From positions 52,764,001 to 52,828,000 of the forward strand of contig NC_086108.1 of NCBI RefSeq assembly GCF_963921235.1: a stretch of 64,000 nucleotides of DNA, read 5' to 3'. The DNA comes from Mobula hypostoma. Its lineage: Eukaryota. Below are positions 26,401-41,400 of the stretch, one piece after another; within the stretch, counting starts at the first letter, position 1; each line of letters opens with the position of its first letter. Below the pieces are notes generated by a model, which was given only the letters and a program-made list of their open reading frames with translations, was not told where the DNA came from and made no database searches. The position numbers were made by a program, and so were the translations under genes.

Positions 26401-29400
26401 TGAACACTACCTCACTTTTTTAATATAATTTCTGTTTTTTGAATGATTTTTAATCTATTCAATATTCATATACTGTAATTGATTTATTATTTTTTCTTCT
26501 GCTATGTTATGTATTGCATTGAACTGCTGCTGCTAAGTTAACAAATTTCACGACACATGCCGGTGATAATAAACCTGATTCTGATTCTGATGGTAAGCTA
26601 TGTTTCAAATAATGAGTGAGAACACAGGAAGTAGATAAAGAGCCTCATTACATGGTGTCATAACAACAACCTTTCCTCCTATGTCAGCAAAAGAAAAGGG
26701 CTGTTCATTGACTTCAGAAAGTGGGATGGTGTACATGCTCCTGCTTAGATCAATGGTTCTGAAGCCAAGAAGCTTGGGAGTTTTGAGTTCTTAAGAGTGA
26801 ATATCACTAGTGGCCTGTGTGAATCCAACGATATTGATACCACAGCCAAAAATGTTCAAGAGAACCTCCTAGGAAATTTGGCTTGTCCCGTCTGACCATC
26901 ACCAATTTTTATTGATGCACCAATCAGATGCATTATTGCTTAACATGGAAGCTATTCTGTCTGTGACTGCAGGAAACTACAGAGAGTTGTGGACACAGTT
27001 CAGCACATCATTGAAACCAGACTCCCTCCCATGACTGTCTATATTTCTCACTGTCCTGATAAAGCAGCCTGCATAATCAAAAATCCTATTCACCCTGGAT
27101 ATTCTCTCTTTTCCTCCTTCCCATCAGGCAGAAGATGACACAAAAGCTTAAAAGCACCTACCACAGCTTCCATTCTGCTGTTATAGGATGATTGAACAGC
27201 TCTTAGTATGATAAGATGGACGCTTGACCTCATAATCTACATCCTTATGACCTTGTGCCCTATTGTCTACCTACATGGCACTTACTCTGTATCTAAAACT
27301 TTCTCATTATATTCCCTTGCGCTACCTCAATGCAATGTTGTAATTAATTGATCCAAATGAATGATATGCAATGCAAGTTTTTCACTGTACTTCCGTAAAT
27401 AAGACTATAATTGGAGGGGTTGTTTGTATTAATGGTGCAACAGGTAGTACTGCTATCTCTACTCCAGTGACCTGGGTTCTATCCTGCCATCTGGTGGTGT
27501 CTGTGCAGGGTGTACATATTCTACCTGGGACCACGTAGACTTCATCCTAGGGGTTGTGGTTTCATGGAGAAATTGGATTGACTGATGGGTTAATTTGCTA
27601 TTTAAATTACCCCTTGTGTGGGTTCATGGTAGGAGAATTAGGAGGAATTAATGGCAGATGAGAGGCAATAGAAGAGAAGGAAATGCGGGAGAATGAAATT
27701 GATAAGATTGCTTTGAGAATTAATATTGACTTGATGGGCCAATTGGCTTATTTGTCATATGAAAAAATGATAACAAAAGTACGCTGGCTGTGCTGGTTCG
27801 TCATGAATGGATTGGGTAAATGAAGCTCAGCACTGTAGAATTATTTGTGATCAAATATAGCCTGAATTTACAGTGCTAGGAAAATGTAAATGAAACAGTC
27901 GAAGCGCAAAGTATGCTGCCTTGAGGAATATCTGTGCAGATATTCTCAGGCAGCTGTGATTATCTTCTAATTACTGTAATGAACTTTTCTTGTGTGTGGT
28001 ATGACTCCATCTGCTATAGGGTTTTTTTTTCAAAGCCTGGTGACATTATTTATACTAAGGCTTAGTTGAATGCAGGTTTGATCATGAAGGCATCTACTGT
28101 ACTCTCACTTCCTTCATTCTTAACATATATTTTTGCCCACATCATTGATTTCTAGAACAAGTGATTCAGCAGATTATTGGTAAATAGGTGTTGCTTAATG
28201 GTATAATATTTTGATTAAGGAGAGAGTGATAATTGGTCAAGCTAGATTTATCGTGGGATTTTTTTGTGTGGTAAGATGTACCTGGGCAATTTGCCAAATT
28301 GTTGGCTGGATACCAGCATCAAAGCTGTATTGGAACAGCTTGCTTGGGATGAAGGGGCATTTAATTATGATGTGCAGGTCTTTGCCAGTAGAGCAAAGAT
28401 GTTATCAAGCCCACAACCTTTGCTGTAAAAATGGGCCACAGTAATTGTGAATAATTGGCCATTCTTAACAGTGGATGTGTTTTCTGCTTCAGTTTTTAAA
28501 TATTTCTGTTCCCACTAAAAATTGTTACCTGTTCTATTAGAGCCTTTAGTTTCTTTCCCGCCTGATTGAGGTGTGATGGGTGATCCAATTACAGAAACAA
28601 AAAATATCTTGTTTCATACTTTTAATCCTCATTAAATGAAACTTTTTTTTCTTTGCTTCTCTTCCTTCCATCTCATCTTGGTTCCACCCCATATCCCTAG
28701 ACCCTTTTTACCTCTTTGTTTTTCCTTTTGCAACCCTCCCCTGTCCAAACTTGATAATGTGAAGTGAGAAAGACCAGTTTTGGTAAATTTAGCTAACTTA
28801 ATTTTAAAAGAACAAGTTATTTGTCATCTTCATAGACAATCAATTGTGTATGACTTGCTTCCACTCCACTTAAAGGTAATTAAAGAGGCCTGTGCATGAT
28901 CTGCAGACTCTTGTAGATGATGCTTATAGGGTCGGTGAATGGGTGGTTTAAGATGCTATGCAATTGTAGAAGTACTCTATGCCTTCTTGGATGTTCTTCC
29001 ATTGATCTGAGAGGTTATGGGCTAAGGACTCCTGTGATACAGTATGGATGTTATATCTTCTTTAATAGTCTTTTTGAGAACATATTTCTTTATTCATATT
29101 TTGGTACCTGGGTGTCACTGACAAAGCTAGTATTCATTGCCCGTCCTAATTCCTTTTTGGAAGGTCATGGTGAGGCACCTTCTTGAACCACTGGAATCCT
29201 GCATTATAGGGCCAGGATTTTGACCCAGTTATGATGAAAGACCAGTGATACGTTCCCAAAATTGAATGTGTGACTCGGATGGGTCCTGCAGCTGGTGGTA
29301 TTTCCATACACCTACTACTCCTGTCATTTGGTAGTAGAGCTCATGGATGTGGGAGGTGCTGCAGGAGTAGCTGGGCAAGTAATGGTACATGTTGCTGCCA

Positions 29401-32400
29401 ACTTCACCAATAATAGGAATGAATATTTACTATAATAGAAGGAATACCAATTAAGTGAGCCACTTGGTTGTGAATGATGCCAAGCTTCCTAAGAGCTGTT
29501 GGACCTATAGTCATTCGGATATAGATTTGAGCCTTGTGGATGGTGGAAAGGTTTGGGAATGTCAGACAATGAGTCATTTTTTTGCAGGATACCCAGACTT
29601 TGACCTGCTCTTTCAGCTGCAATATTAGTCAAAGTCAAAGCGGAGTTTATTGTTATAAGCACAAGTACATGTATTTAAAGGTACAATGAAAAACTTCCAT
29701 GCAGCAGTATCACGGGCACATAGCATCATATTAGTAGCATTCACAAGAAAAAAAACATAAATTAACAATTTTTACAGTTTGCTTGAGTTTCTCCTAGGAT
29801 TATGAGGAGTTTGTCAATATTTATACCATTGAATGTCAAAGGTTAAATGTTTAGCCTCTTTTGTATTATGAATATTACCTGTCACTTACTAACTTACCTG
29901 AAAGTTGTCTGGGTCTTGCTGCACATTGGCATGGACTGCCTCATTTACTGAGGCGTTGCAAATAGATTGAAGATCTCCACTTGGGATCTTATGATAAAAA
30001 GGCAGTCACTGATAAAGCTGCTGATCATTGTTCAGTTCCTGCACTGAGGAACTACTGTAATGGCGTTGTGGGGTTAGGATGAATGACTTCCAACAACCGC
30101 AATCACCTGTCTTTATCAAGGGTGTGATTCAAGCCACTCGAGTGTTTTCCATTTCATGGCTATTAACACAATTTTACCTGCTCCTCTTGATTCTGAACAC
30201 AGTCAGAAACTACCTGTTGTTTATTTTATTTATTGAGATATACAGTGAGAATCAGGCCCTTCCAGCCCTTCGAGCCGCGCCATCCAGCAACCCACCTATT
30301 TACCTTTAGCTTAATCACAGGACAGTTTATAATGACCAATTACTGACTGGTACATCTTTGGACTGTGGGAAGTAACTGGAGCACATGGAGGAACCTATGT
30401 CCACATGGGAAGAACTATTTTACAGAGTATGCTGGAATTGAACTCTGATGCCCCAAGCTGTAATAGCATCATGCTAACTACTACGCTACTGTGGCATCTC
30501 CTCACCTCAATTTGTATGCCATCCTTTGTTCAGAAATCCTGATATTTTGGACACTGTTTCCCACTCTCCTTTTAAATTCGTGGGTTCCTCCTGTTGCCTA
30601 TGCTCCTTTTAAACTCATAGGAACTCCACCTGCTTTTCGCATTTATTTTAAATTCATTAGAGTCTCCAATTTCCGACACTCCTTTTAAACGGCAATCATG
30701 CTCCTTCCCCCCCCCACCCCCCCAATTTCCCATACCGCTTTTAAAATCAGCTGGTTTACTGAAAATCTCTAACATCTTAAAAAGAGAGAGTGAAGTACAA
30801 GTTGGATTATTACTAGCATCAGTATCTAGTGGTCTGGAAAATCTGCCACTTTACTATGAAAGTTTTAAGGCTGCTGTACTATTGGATTTTTACTGTAATT
30901 TGTCATATTGGATAGCTGCTTTTTGTGAATACTACATACCTGGGCAATTTTCCACACTATCAAGAAATTACCAGCATTGTAACTGTACTGCGATAGTTTG
31001 GCATGAGAAGCAGCTAGTTCTGGTGTTGATCTTCATTTCCAAAGCTAGCAAGTCTGTTTCCATAGTTTTACCATATTCAGGGTTTCTAGATAGCATGTAA
31101 AATGAATTGAATGGGTTGGAGCATGACCTCTATTGAGGAGGGTATCTCTTGAGGAAGCCTGATATTTTTCATGGTTTAGATGTGTTTGAATTGTTCTAAG
31201 ATTCTGATCCTATTGATCTGAATGAAAATTATTTTAAGAAGTACTTGTAGATGTTGGCGATCAAGGTTTCAAGACTGTGATTATTCTTGGCAAATTTTTC
31301 TACAAAAGTGGTTTGCCATTGTCTTCTTCTGGGCAGTGTCTTTACAAGACAGGTGACCCCAGCCATTATCAATACTCTTCACAGATTGTCTGCTTGGCGT
31401 CAGTGGTTGCAATTCCAGGACTTGTGAAATGCGCCAGTTGCTCATAAGTCCATCCACCTCCTGCTCCCATGGCTTCATGTGACCCTGTTCAGGGGGCTAA
31501 GCAGGTGCTACACCTTGTCAAACAGTGACCTGCAGGCTAGCAGGGAAGGAGAGCTTACACCGCCTTTGGTAGAGACGTCTCTCCACCCTGCCACCCAGGG
31601 AGGTAGATTCTTCTTCATTAATGATATTGCGGTCAATGAATTGAAGAAAGATGTATCTCCCTTTGGGCAAGGTTTATCAATATTAAAAAGTTGATGTGTT
31701 TTATTGACACTGGACATCTTAAAGTGAACTTGCTACACTTAAGTTTTTTAATGATTTTATAGAAACAAGGTTTAACAGAAATCCTTTAATGTGAATTTCT
31801 TAGTGTCTTAGGGAATTGAGGTTCTAGATCATCACAATGTAGTTTATTACTGTGGTCTTAAAGCCATGTTGACTAGATAGTCTACTATCCTGAGAATCTT
31901 TTTGGGTGTTTTTATTTTGCATTTCCTAATTTGCCTTTAAATTGATGAGCTCACTCAGAGAAGCTCATTCTGAGAAAAAGAAGGCATTGCTAAACTAATT
32001 CCCTGTTTGATATTGGGAATAATGCATAAATCTCTGACATCTTGTAATGTGGTCATTTATATTAGGCCCAGCATTTATTGGCACTGGTGAAGTGATGATA
32101 GTTGTTAGCCATCTTGTTTTTTTTGTAATAATAACGTAAAAGCAGCTTACCATTTAATAGTTCTTAATGTGACATTTGTTACCACTCAGTTATCCAGAAC
32201 CAACTGTATACTTGGAGGAGTGATGCCAATCAAGTAGGCTACCTTGTCCTGGATGGTACTAAGCTTCTTGATAGTTAGGTATGTCTTCATGCATGCAATG
32301 GAGAGTGTTCTATCATATTCTTCTGTTGTGTCTTATAAGTAGTGGAATAGCTTTGAGGAGTCAAGATGTGTTACATGATACCAGAATATCCAGGCATTTT

Positions 32401-35400
32401 TGTGAGTATCAAGGTGTTCTTTAGGATGTCAGTACTGGGATTTGGTGATGAAAATATTGTTAACTTTCAGGAATAAACGATTTGCTTCTTTTATTTTGAA
32501 AGTGAGCAATGTTTGGTTCTAAAAGTTGAGTAATCTTTGCATCATTTCTGTAATACAAGCCTGCCTGTTATTCAGGCTTTGCTATATGCAAGTTTGGATT
32601 GTTTATTTATCTAAGAAATTGCAAAGGGAACTAAAAACGATGTCATCTGCCATTCTGACTTACTGATAGTCAGTTAAGAAGTAGCTGAAGCTGGTTGGGC
32701 ATTGGTAGCCATGATGTAACCAGGAGTGCACGTGTTGACTTAGAGAACATGAATGGCCATTTTTCTTACTAATGTGTTAATTTTAAGAACTAAAAAACAG
32801 AAAGTTTTAAATTTTAAAAAAAGTTGTTCAAAAAGGTGCTGAATACGGATAGGTTGGCCCAAAGATTTTCCTCGATAAAGAAATGGTTGTTTGATTTTTT
32901 TTTAAATACACTCAGACCAATTTGATTAACATCAATTCAATGGTGAATGTCTAAACCTATTTAAATTCATTTTGTTAGGAGAGCAGTGGAAGATGCAGTG
33001 GAGCCCGAGCTGCAAGGAATAACAGTTTATGTTGCTCAGGACTGTACGGGTGAGTGCCATAATATGGAAATGAGGTAAGCTGACTGGGAACTTTGCCCAG
33101 TTCTGCCAGTCATCTGAAATAGATAATGCAAGGCAGCATTTAACGTTATTCAACATAACTCCTGTTTGATTTCCTAAAAATCAATTCTTTTGTGTTCTAA
33201 AGGAGCATAATTTTAATCCTTTTTGTCCATGTTCTAAATTTATTACAAAAATCAAGGTGGTTATGATGACATATTTATCCTTGTATAAACAGTGTCATTG
33301 TTTTAGTAAATCACAACTTCCACCTTCATTTGATATAGATGCAGAAATTGCATGAATTATACAACAAATCAAGCAGCATCTGAATTAGGAAGAAAAAGAC
33401 GACCTAATATTTTAGATAGAACAATGATTTTGAAGTGTTTCTAATGAGACAGTGAGCACCAGTGTACAGATGTAATAACACATTTCACAAAAGGACAGCT
33501 GTTTTATGTATCTACCTGTAGGTTAATAAATTTATACACAATATCTCCATCTCAAAATGATGGGCAACGAGTGTGTGCTTCAAAATGTCATCTCAGACAT
33601 ATAAAAGTCATAAGAAAGGCGACAGCCCTGATCTTAATCTGTCCTACCAGGTGACTGGAGGATGTGTTTGAGTCAAATTTGCAATTTATATTCAGCCCAA
33701 ACCATTTATTTATTTATTTGTTTCTGTTAAGTAAATGGATCAGAGGCCCAATTCACAGATTACACTGCCTAATGCTCCACATATATTTTTTTCGGTGATT
33801 GATTGCACTTGTGTTGGTCTCTTCATAAACATTAAGGAATATATTTTTATTCACTTTAAAGTTACCTATTTTGCTTATTTGATAAGAATGAATTGAGATG
33901 GTCTACATATTTTCTGAAGCTATTTTAATTAATTCTATAACATTGCAGTGGTTCGTTAAGATTGTTATTATAGGTCGACCTTCACTAATCCGGCACCACT
34001 GGGACCTGAGGAGTGCCGGATTAGTGAAAATGCCGAATTACAGAAGGATCACATTAAGCATAATCAGTGCCGGATTATCGAAGGAACCAGATTACAGATA
34101 GTCGGATTAGTGAAGGTTGACCTGTAGCTGGTAATGGTAGTGGGGATAAGCTCCCACTACCTATTAAATGCTCCCAATGGCATGCATCTCAAATAGCCTC
34201 TGCCAACTAAGTCCAGCTCCTGGCCTTCGTGTGTGGCTTAGCTACTAAGCCTGGTGGAACTGTTTTTACTGACTGGAGAAGGGGTAAAAATTGGTTACTG
34301 GCACCTTGAAACCAGTTGCTTTAGACAGATGGGGCTCATCAGCCGTAGTTAGCAGCTCATCTACAAGAAGGAAAACTCTGCTCTCAAACCTCTGCTCTCC
34401 TGCAGCTCTTCCCACTCATGGGCAAGGCTTTGGGAGTAAACCTCAAGGAAAAGTCTGGAGCTGAAGTCCCTAAGGTAGTCCAACATTGAGTTCAAAGCTG
34501 ACTGACAACTCCTGCGAGCCGAACTGTTTTGATCTCTGCTGTTCCTTTGGATTCATCAGTAGTGTGGAGGGGGGGAGCCTGCTACATGGGCAACACCTTG
34601 CCCTCCATATTGTACTGTTCTGGCTTGTGTATCATGTAGACTGCTCGGACGCAACATCCATGGTTGACCCGACCCATGCAGGGCCTCAAAAATAACATCA
34701 CTGTACAGAGGTTACTATGATGTTCATGTCATTTATGTAATATATAAGAGATAAGACTTATCCTCTGAGTCTTGGTTTAAATTCATCCTAAAAGGGATGA
34801 AAATTTAATTCTGCTGCATATAAATGCCCCACGTGAAATGAGTCAAATCTCAATCTGAACTTGAGAACAAATCTAACTTTAGTTTGAAATTGGAACTTAG
34901 AAATCTATTAGCCCTTTTATTGTTGGTAAAAGGAGTGAGAGGTGTGCAGGAAACATATGAATATGTGCCTGATCGTTGATGTCACATGACATGAGTGCTA
35001 GTTTGTGATATGTGAGTGAGAGAATTACTTGTGACCAAGCCAAGGTTGATCATGTTGGGTGCTTTCTTTTCTGCCAAGTAGTTTTCTTTATTTCTTATCT
35101 GTTGAGCATTGATTTGCTTATTTTTATTTGCAGAATTTATTGTTATTATTCTGGGTACTAACACTCGAAGGGGAACCATCTGAAGCCATCTGGTGGTATG
35201 ATTACAGTTACCCCAGTTGGATTGCTGTAGTTCAGGTTTAGTTTGCAGGGAGGTTCATTTATATATGAATTTACATTCACCTTTTAGAATTTTCAGCACT
35301 TAAATGAGATGATTCTCCCGTGCATGTCAAAAGTATCTCTAGATAATAATCTTGGGCACTACACTACTATTGACATCATTTGGATGAGCTGGACACTAGA

Positions 35401-38400
35401 GAAACCACACTAGGATACACAGGTTTTTCTTCCCCAAGAATATTGCAGTTTTAATGATTGGAATTTATCACTCAGAAATACAGCCAATGTTTCTTCAAAC
35501 TCCCTTGTAATACAATTGCCATCTGTGCAGCATTGGGTTGTGCAGTCAAATTTTTAGGCCTGGCTGTCATTAAAATTGGAGACCTTGCATGAAGCTAGAA
35601 GATGGTTGGTGTGAGAAATGGTGAAATATCATATATATTCAGTAGCTGGTATCTTCTTAAGACAAATTGAACTGCATTGTATAAGGAAGTTATGCTAATA
35701 GATAAGAACATTATGCTGTTTGTATTTTTAATTAGTCTATATTTAGAAGGATAAGTAATATGAAGAGAATTCAAAGATTAAAACCATATCTGAAATTAGT
35801 AAGCATATGGTCTTCATTAGTTGGGGGATTGAGTCCAACAGTTACGAGCTAATATTGCAGCTCTATAAAACTGGTTAGACCACACTTGGAATATTGTGTT
35901 AAGTTATGGACCCCTCATTATAGAAAGGATGTGAAAGCTTTAGAAGGGGTGGAGAGGAGATGTACCAGGATGCTTCCTGGATTAGAGAGCATATTTTAGG
36001 ATTAAAGGTTAAGCGAGCTAGGGCTTTTCTTTTTGTAGTGAAGGAGGATGAGAGGTGACTTGATAGAGGTGTAGAAGATAAGGGGCATAGGTAGAATGGA
36101 CGGCCAGCATCTTTTTCCCAGAGCAGAAATGGCTAATGTGAGAGAGTATAATTTTAAGGTGATTAGGGGGAAATATCAGAGATAGGATTTTTACACAGAG
36201 AGTGATGGGTGTGTGGAATCTGTTGCCGGGGTGGTGGTAGAGGCAGATACATTTGGGACATTAAAGAGTCTCTTAGTTAGGAAAATAGATGTAAGAAAAA
36301 TGGAGCGCTACGTGCATTAGATTGATCTTTAGAAAAGATTAAAAGGTCAGCTCAACATTGTGGCCTGAAAGGCCGGGACTGTGTTGTGCTGCTCTATGTT
36401 TTATATTCTATTTTATGAGGAATCTGAGTGAACACCATATTAAATAGAATGTGGGCATAAAGCTTTGGATTCCAGCTTGACAGAGAAACAAAAAAATACA
36501 GAGTACAGGTAATAGGATATGTTGCCTTGATTTTTGAATTCAACTTAGTTTAGGGATGCAGGGAAATGAAAGAGCAGATTAGAAATTTTGGGAGAACAAA
36601 CTGTGATTAAAGTGTTGCACTCTTTTTCAGTTTATATTGCTGATGTAATGGAGAAACACTTACAAACTGTTGAATGTGGAATACCAGGTTCATCAGACAG
36701 GAATGCTGTTCTTATCCTAATACCGGTGAGACTCGGAGGAGAGAAGGTCAACCCTGAATACAAAGAGATTCTAAAGGTAGTGTCAATAGAATGTCATTCT
36801 ATAGTATCCACACAATTCTTTGGTGCTAGGTTATAACTTTTTTTTTTGTTCTCATTCTAATTTCAAATCCTTTCACAATGTACAGGGTAATATATTACTA
36901 AGGGAGTTAGTTATACACACAATTTTTACTAATTTGGTATTTACTGGAGCTGTGGTTTCAATAAGGCTTATCCATAGCCAAAGAGGGGGCAGTAAAATCA
37001 AGCAGCTTCCTGCTGTTAATTATTCTGCCAAGTTGTAACTCCATTGAAATCGAGATTTACTCTGGTTGTGATGTTCTCCATTGTTGCAAAAGTTGATGAC
37101 TATTTTTGCCATTCAAGTAAACTGTGTGCATTTGGATGGCGATCTTGAAACTTAACTGCAAATGCATTAACTTCAATTGTGTCATAGGAAGCATTTTTTT
37201 AATGTGGAAATGAGTTGCTAAGGAGTCCAAAAGTTCAAGGTGACTAATAATGCTTTTGAATGTGTATGTGTAGAAAGTGAAATAATGGATAAGAGCACGT
37301 GATATTATGGGAAAGATACTAGCATGAATAAAAGATTGGACGTTTGGCAGCAAGCAAAGAGTTGGAATAAAAGTGGCCTTTTCTGGAGACTGCTGGTGAC
37401 TACTGGTGTTTTGCATGGGTCTGTGTTAGGGCCGCTTCTTTTCATATTATATGTCAGTGATTTGGATCATGGAATTAATGGCTTTGTGGCCAAGTTAGCA
37501 GACAATACAAAGATTGGTGGAGGAGCCAGGTAGTGCTGAGGAAGCGGGGAGTATGCAGAAGGACTTGGACAGATCGAGATAATGGGCAAAGAAGTGGTAG
37601 ATGGAATACAGTGCAGGGATGTGTATGGTCATAAACTTTGGTAGAAGGAATAAAATTGTAGACTATTTTCTGAATGGGGAGAAAAATTAAAATAGAGCTG
37701 CAAAGAGGTTAATTTGCAGGTTGAATCAGTGGTAAGGAAAGCAAATGCAATGTTAGCATTCATTATGAGAGGACTAGAACTTGAGAGCAAGGATGTAATG
37801 CAGAGGACTTATAAAGCATTAGTCAGACAGTACTTGGAATATTGTGAGCAGTTTTGAGCCCATTATCTAAGAAAAAGATGTACTGGCATTGGAGAGGATC
37901 CAGAGGAGGTACATGAGAATGATTCTGGGAATGAAAGGGTTAGTGTATGAGGAGCATTTGATGACTGTAAGCCTGAACTCTGGTTTAGAAGAATGAGAGG
38001 GGATCTCATTGAAACCTATCAAATATCAAATTAAGGCCTTGTGGAGAGGATGTTTCCTATGGTGGGTGAATCTAGGACTAGAGTCTCAGAATTGAGGGAC
38101 ATCCATTTAGAACAGAGATGAGGAGGAATTTCTTTAGCCAGAGGGTAGTGAATATGTGGAATTCATTATCACAGGCGGCTGTGGAGGCCAAGTCACTGAA
38201 TATATTTAAGCTGGAGGTTGATTGGTTCTTGATTGGTTTGGGTATCAAAGGTTATGGGGAGAAGGCAGGAGAATGGGGTTGAGTGGGATAATAAATCAGC
38301 CATGATGGAATGGTGGAGTAAACGCAATGATCTGAATGTCTAATCTATGTCTTGTGCTTTAAGCTAGAGCACCCGGAGGAAACACATGTGATAATAGGGA

Positions 38401-41400
38401 GGATATGCAAACTCGAGGTCAGGATTGAACCCTGTCTCTGGTACAGTGAGCAGCAGGTCTACCAGTATTCCACTCTGCTCTACAGACTAAATATTTATGC
38501 TTATTTGCATGCTCAGTGAAATTAGTTATAGCATTTTCTAAATCATTGCAGCATCATTGAATGATGTTATAATGGAATGTTGTTTTGGGGCTGTGTTCAA
38601 AGCCTCCTAAACCATGCAACAAATTACCCACAACTATAGCCTTGAATTTATCCGCATGATAAGTTTTTATTGCACTTCACTTAACATATGAAAAGATTGC
38701 CAACTAAGCATGCTTTGCAGGGCAGGTAATAAATACTTTATATGTTTTCAGAGTCAAGGCTGTTAAGTCATTTAAACAAACTGTTTCTACCTATTTGTAG
38801 AGACTTAAATGAAAGGCAATGTTAATAGCCAATTAAATACCTGTTTGTGATAAATTAAATGCTTTTGTTTGAATTTTTGTAAATATAAAATCCCTGTTTT
38901 AATTTTAAAATCAAGCCATCTTTCTGGTTCAATGGGAAGCAGAATTTCTCAGGGTGTTAATCAACCTTGCAGATTCAAAGTCCCATGTTTCTAATTTTGG
39001 TAAGATCTTTCAGAGTGAGAGTATTGGCCACAGTTGCATAAAAGCATCAGGTGAGGGTATGATCAGATTCGGCCATGGTGATGTTTGTATATTTACCTTT
39101 CATTTAGAATAAGGCAGAACAGGTATCACTGATAATGGATGGCATTTAGTATTTACAATACTATAGAATAATGATGTTCAGAAGAGAAATTTGTTTTTAT
39201 TACACCTTAATTTCTTTGCAACTTATTGTCTTCTCAGGCAATGCACCATCAATAGTGTGGTTAATGAAAATAAAAATTAAAATATACAGGAAAAGATCAC
39301 TGGTTACACACAACCTGCACAACCTGATATCTGTGTTCCCATTACCAGTTTAACAGTTTTTTCTAGTTTTTACCTCAGATATTGTTTACACAGAAGTTAA
39401 AATCATTGGGAAGGGTCGCACACTGTTTTTCAATTATTTCTCAATTTAGAAAAAGTATGTTTTGTAGAATTGAATAAAAACCATGCAAGTTCTCACACAG
39501 TTCTTCTTTTCTATAAATAGGGGATCTTAAGTCTTGAGTTCTGTGTCGGAATTATTGGTGGGAAGCCAAAGCAGTCTTTCTACTTTGTGGGATTTCAAGG
39601 TTTGTGTATTTTGTAATTGATGTGGAACTTTTTTTTCCCCCTGAAATTAAGCAGCAATGTAATTATACATTTTACATTTTGCTCTTATTTGGTTGCAAGC
39701 TGCAATATATTAAGATGTTGTCAGTGGTGGAAGTATTATTGCATATCTGCCATTTTCTCATGTAATTGAATAGCAGTACAACAAATGCATTGAGTGGCTT
39801 GATCACAGTAAAAGTTCCTTATCCTTAAATTTGACTTCACAAAATATGACGGCAATTAATTCTATTCACAGGAAAATTTTTTTTAAACTTTATTTTTATT
39901 TTAATACAGTGAACTAAAGTGGTGATAGTTTTTTTCTTGTTGGAAGAAATGATAAAATGTAATGCATACTCCTGCTACTACATACAGGTGTGTGTTCTTT
40001 TATCAGTTGATTACATCAAGATCTAAAGTAGGAAATTTTGGCGGATAAATGTGTTTATTTAGCTTGCTTTAAGTCCTTTACAGAGTTTTCCAATGTGCTT
40101 TACAGCCATTGGAGTGTATCTGTTTTATAAGGAAACCTGACAACCTTTTTACACAAACTCCTACAAGCTACATATTTTATAGTTTGGAGTTACTAATAAA
40201 AGGAAATTTTGACCAGAACATAAAAGTAACCTTCTCTTAAAAATAATCTGTGCAATATTTAATATTTATTTAAGAAGAGGAAAAGGCCTCCAGTGCAAGA
40301 TCTATTTAAAAAAAAACACCTGTATGACTGTATCTGTATTCAGTCATTTGTATCTTTCAGTACAGAATTAAACTGGAAGATTGGTATAAGACCTTAAGAC
40401 ATAGGAGCAGAATTAGGCCATCTAGCCCATCGAGTCTGCTCCGCTATTCAATCATAGCTGATCCTTTTTTTTCCCTCCTCAGCCCCACTCCTTGGCCTTC
40501 TCCCTATAACTTGATGCTGTGTCCAGTCAAAAACCTATCAAGCCCTGCTGTAAGTACATTCAATGACCTGGCCTCCACAGCTGCCTATGGTAATAAATTC
40601 CACAAATTCACCACCCTCTGACTATAGAAATGTCTCCATATCTCTGTTTTAAATGGATGCCCCTCTATCCTGAGGCTGTGCCCTCTTGTCCTAGACTTGC
40701 CCACCATGGGAAATATCCTTCCAATATCACATCTAGCCTTTCAACATTCGAAAGGTTTTAGTGAGATCCCCCCTCATCCTTCTAAATTCCAGGAAGTACA
40801 GGCCCAGAGCCATCAAACATACTTTATACTTTATTGTTGCCAAACAATTGTACAATCATCATAGCGATATTTGATTCTGCGCTTCACACTCCCTGGATTA
40901 CAAATATTAAATATTAAAATATTAAAAATAGTTAAAATTAGTAAATATTAAAAATTTAAATTATAAATCATAAATAGAAAATAGAAAAATGAGAAGTAAG
41001 GTAGTGCAAAAAAAACGAGAGGCAGGTCTGGATATTTGGAGGGTACGGCCCAGATCCGGGTCAGGATCTGTTCAGCAGTCTTATCACAGTTGGAAAGAAG
41101 CTGTTCCCAAATCTGGCCGTACGAGTCTTCAAGCTCCTGCACCTTCTCCCGGAGGGAAGAGGGACGAAAAGTGTGTTGGCTGGGTGGGTTGTGTCCTTGA
41201 TTATCCTGGCAGCACTGCTCCAACAGCGTGTGGTGTAAAGTGAGTCCACGGACAGAAGATTGGTTTGTGTGATGTGCTGCGCCGTGTTCACGATCTTCTG
41301 CAGCTTCTTTCGGTCTTGGACAGGACAACTGGTGGGAGGAGAAGATGGCGGCATGCCTGTGTGTGCGCAGCCCTCTGGTGAAAAGTGATATCGTATCTGT

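Noticed and set aside
32976..32981. NAGNAG alternative acceptor (TAG GAG)
   Set aside because: A distal GAG acceptor is rarely used, and the proximal site gives the expected conserved reading.
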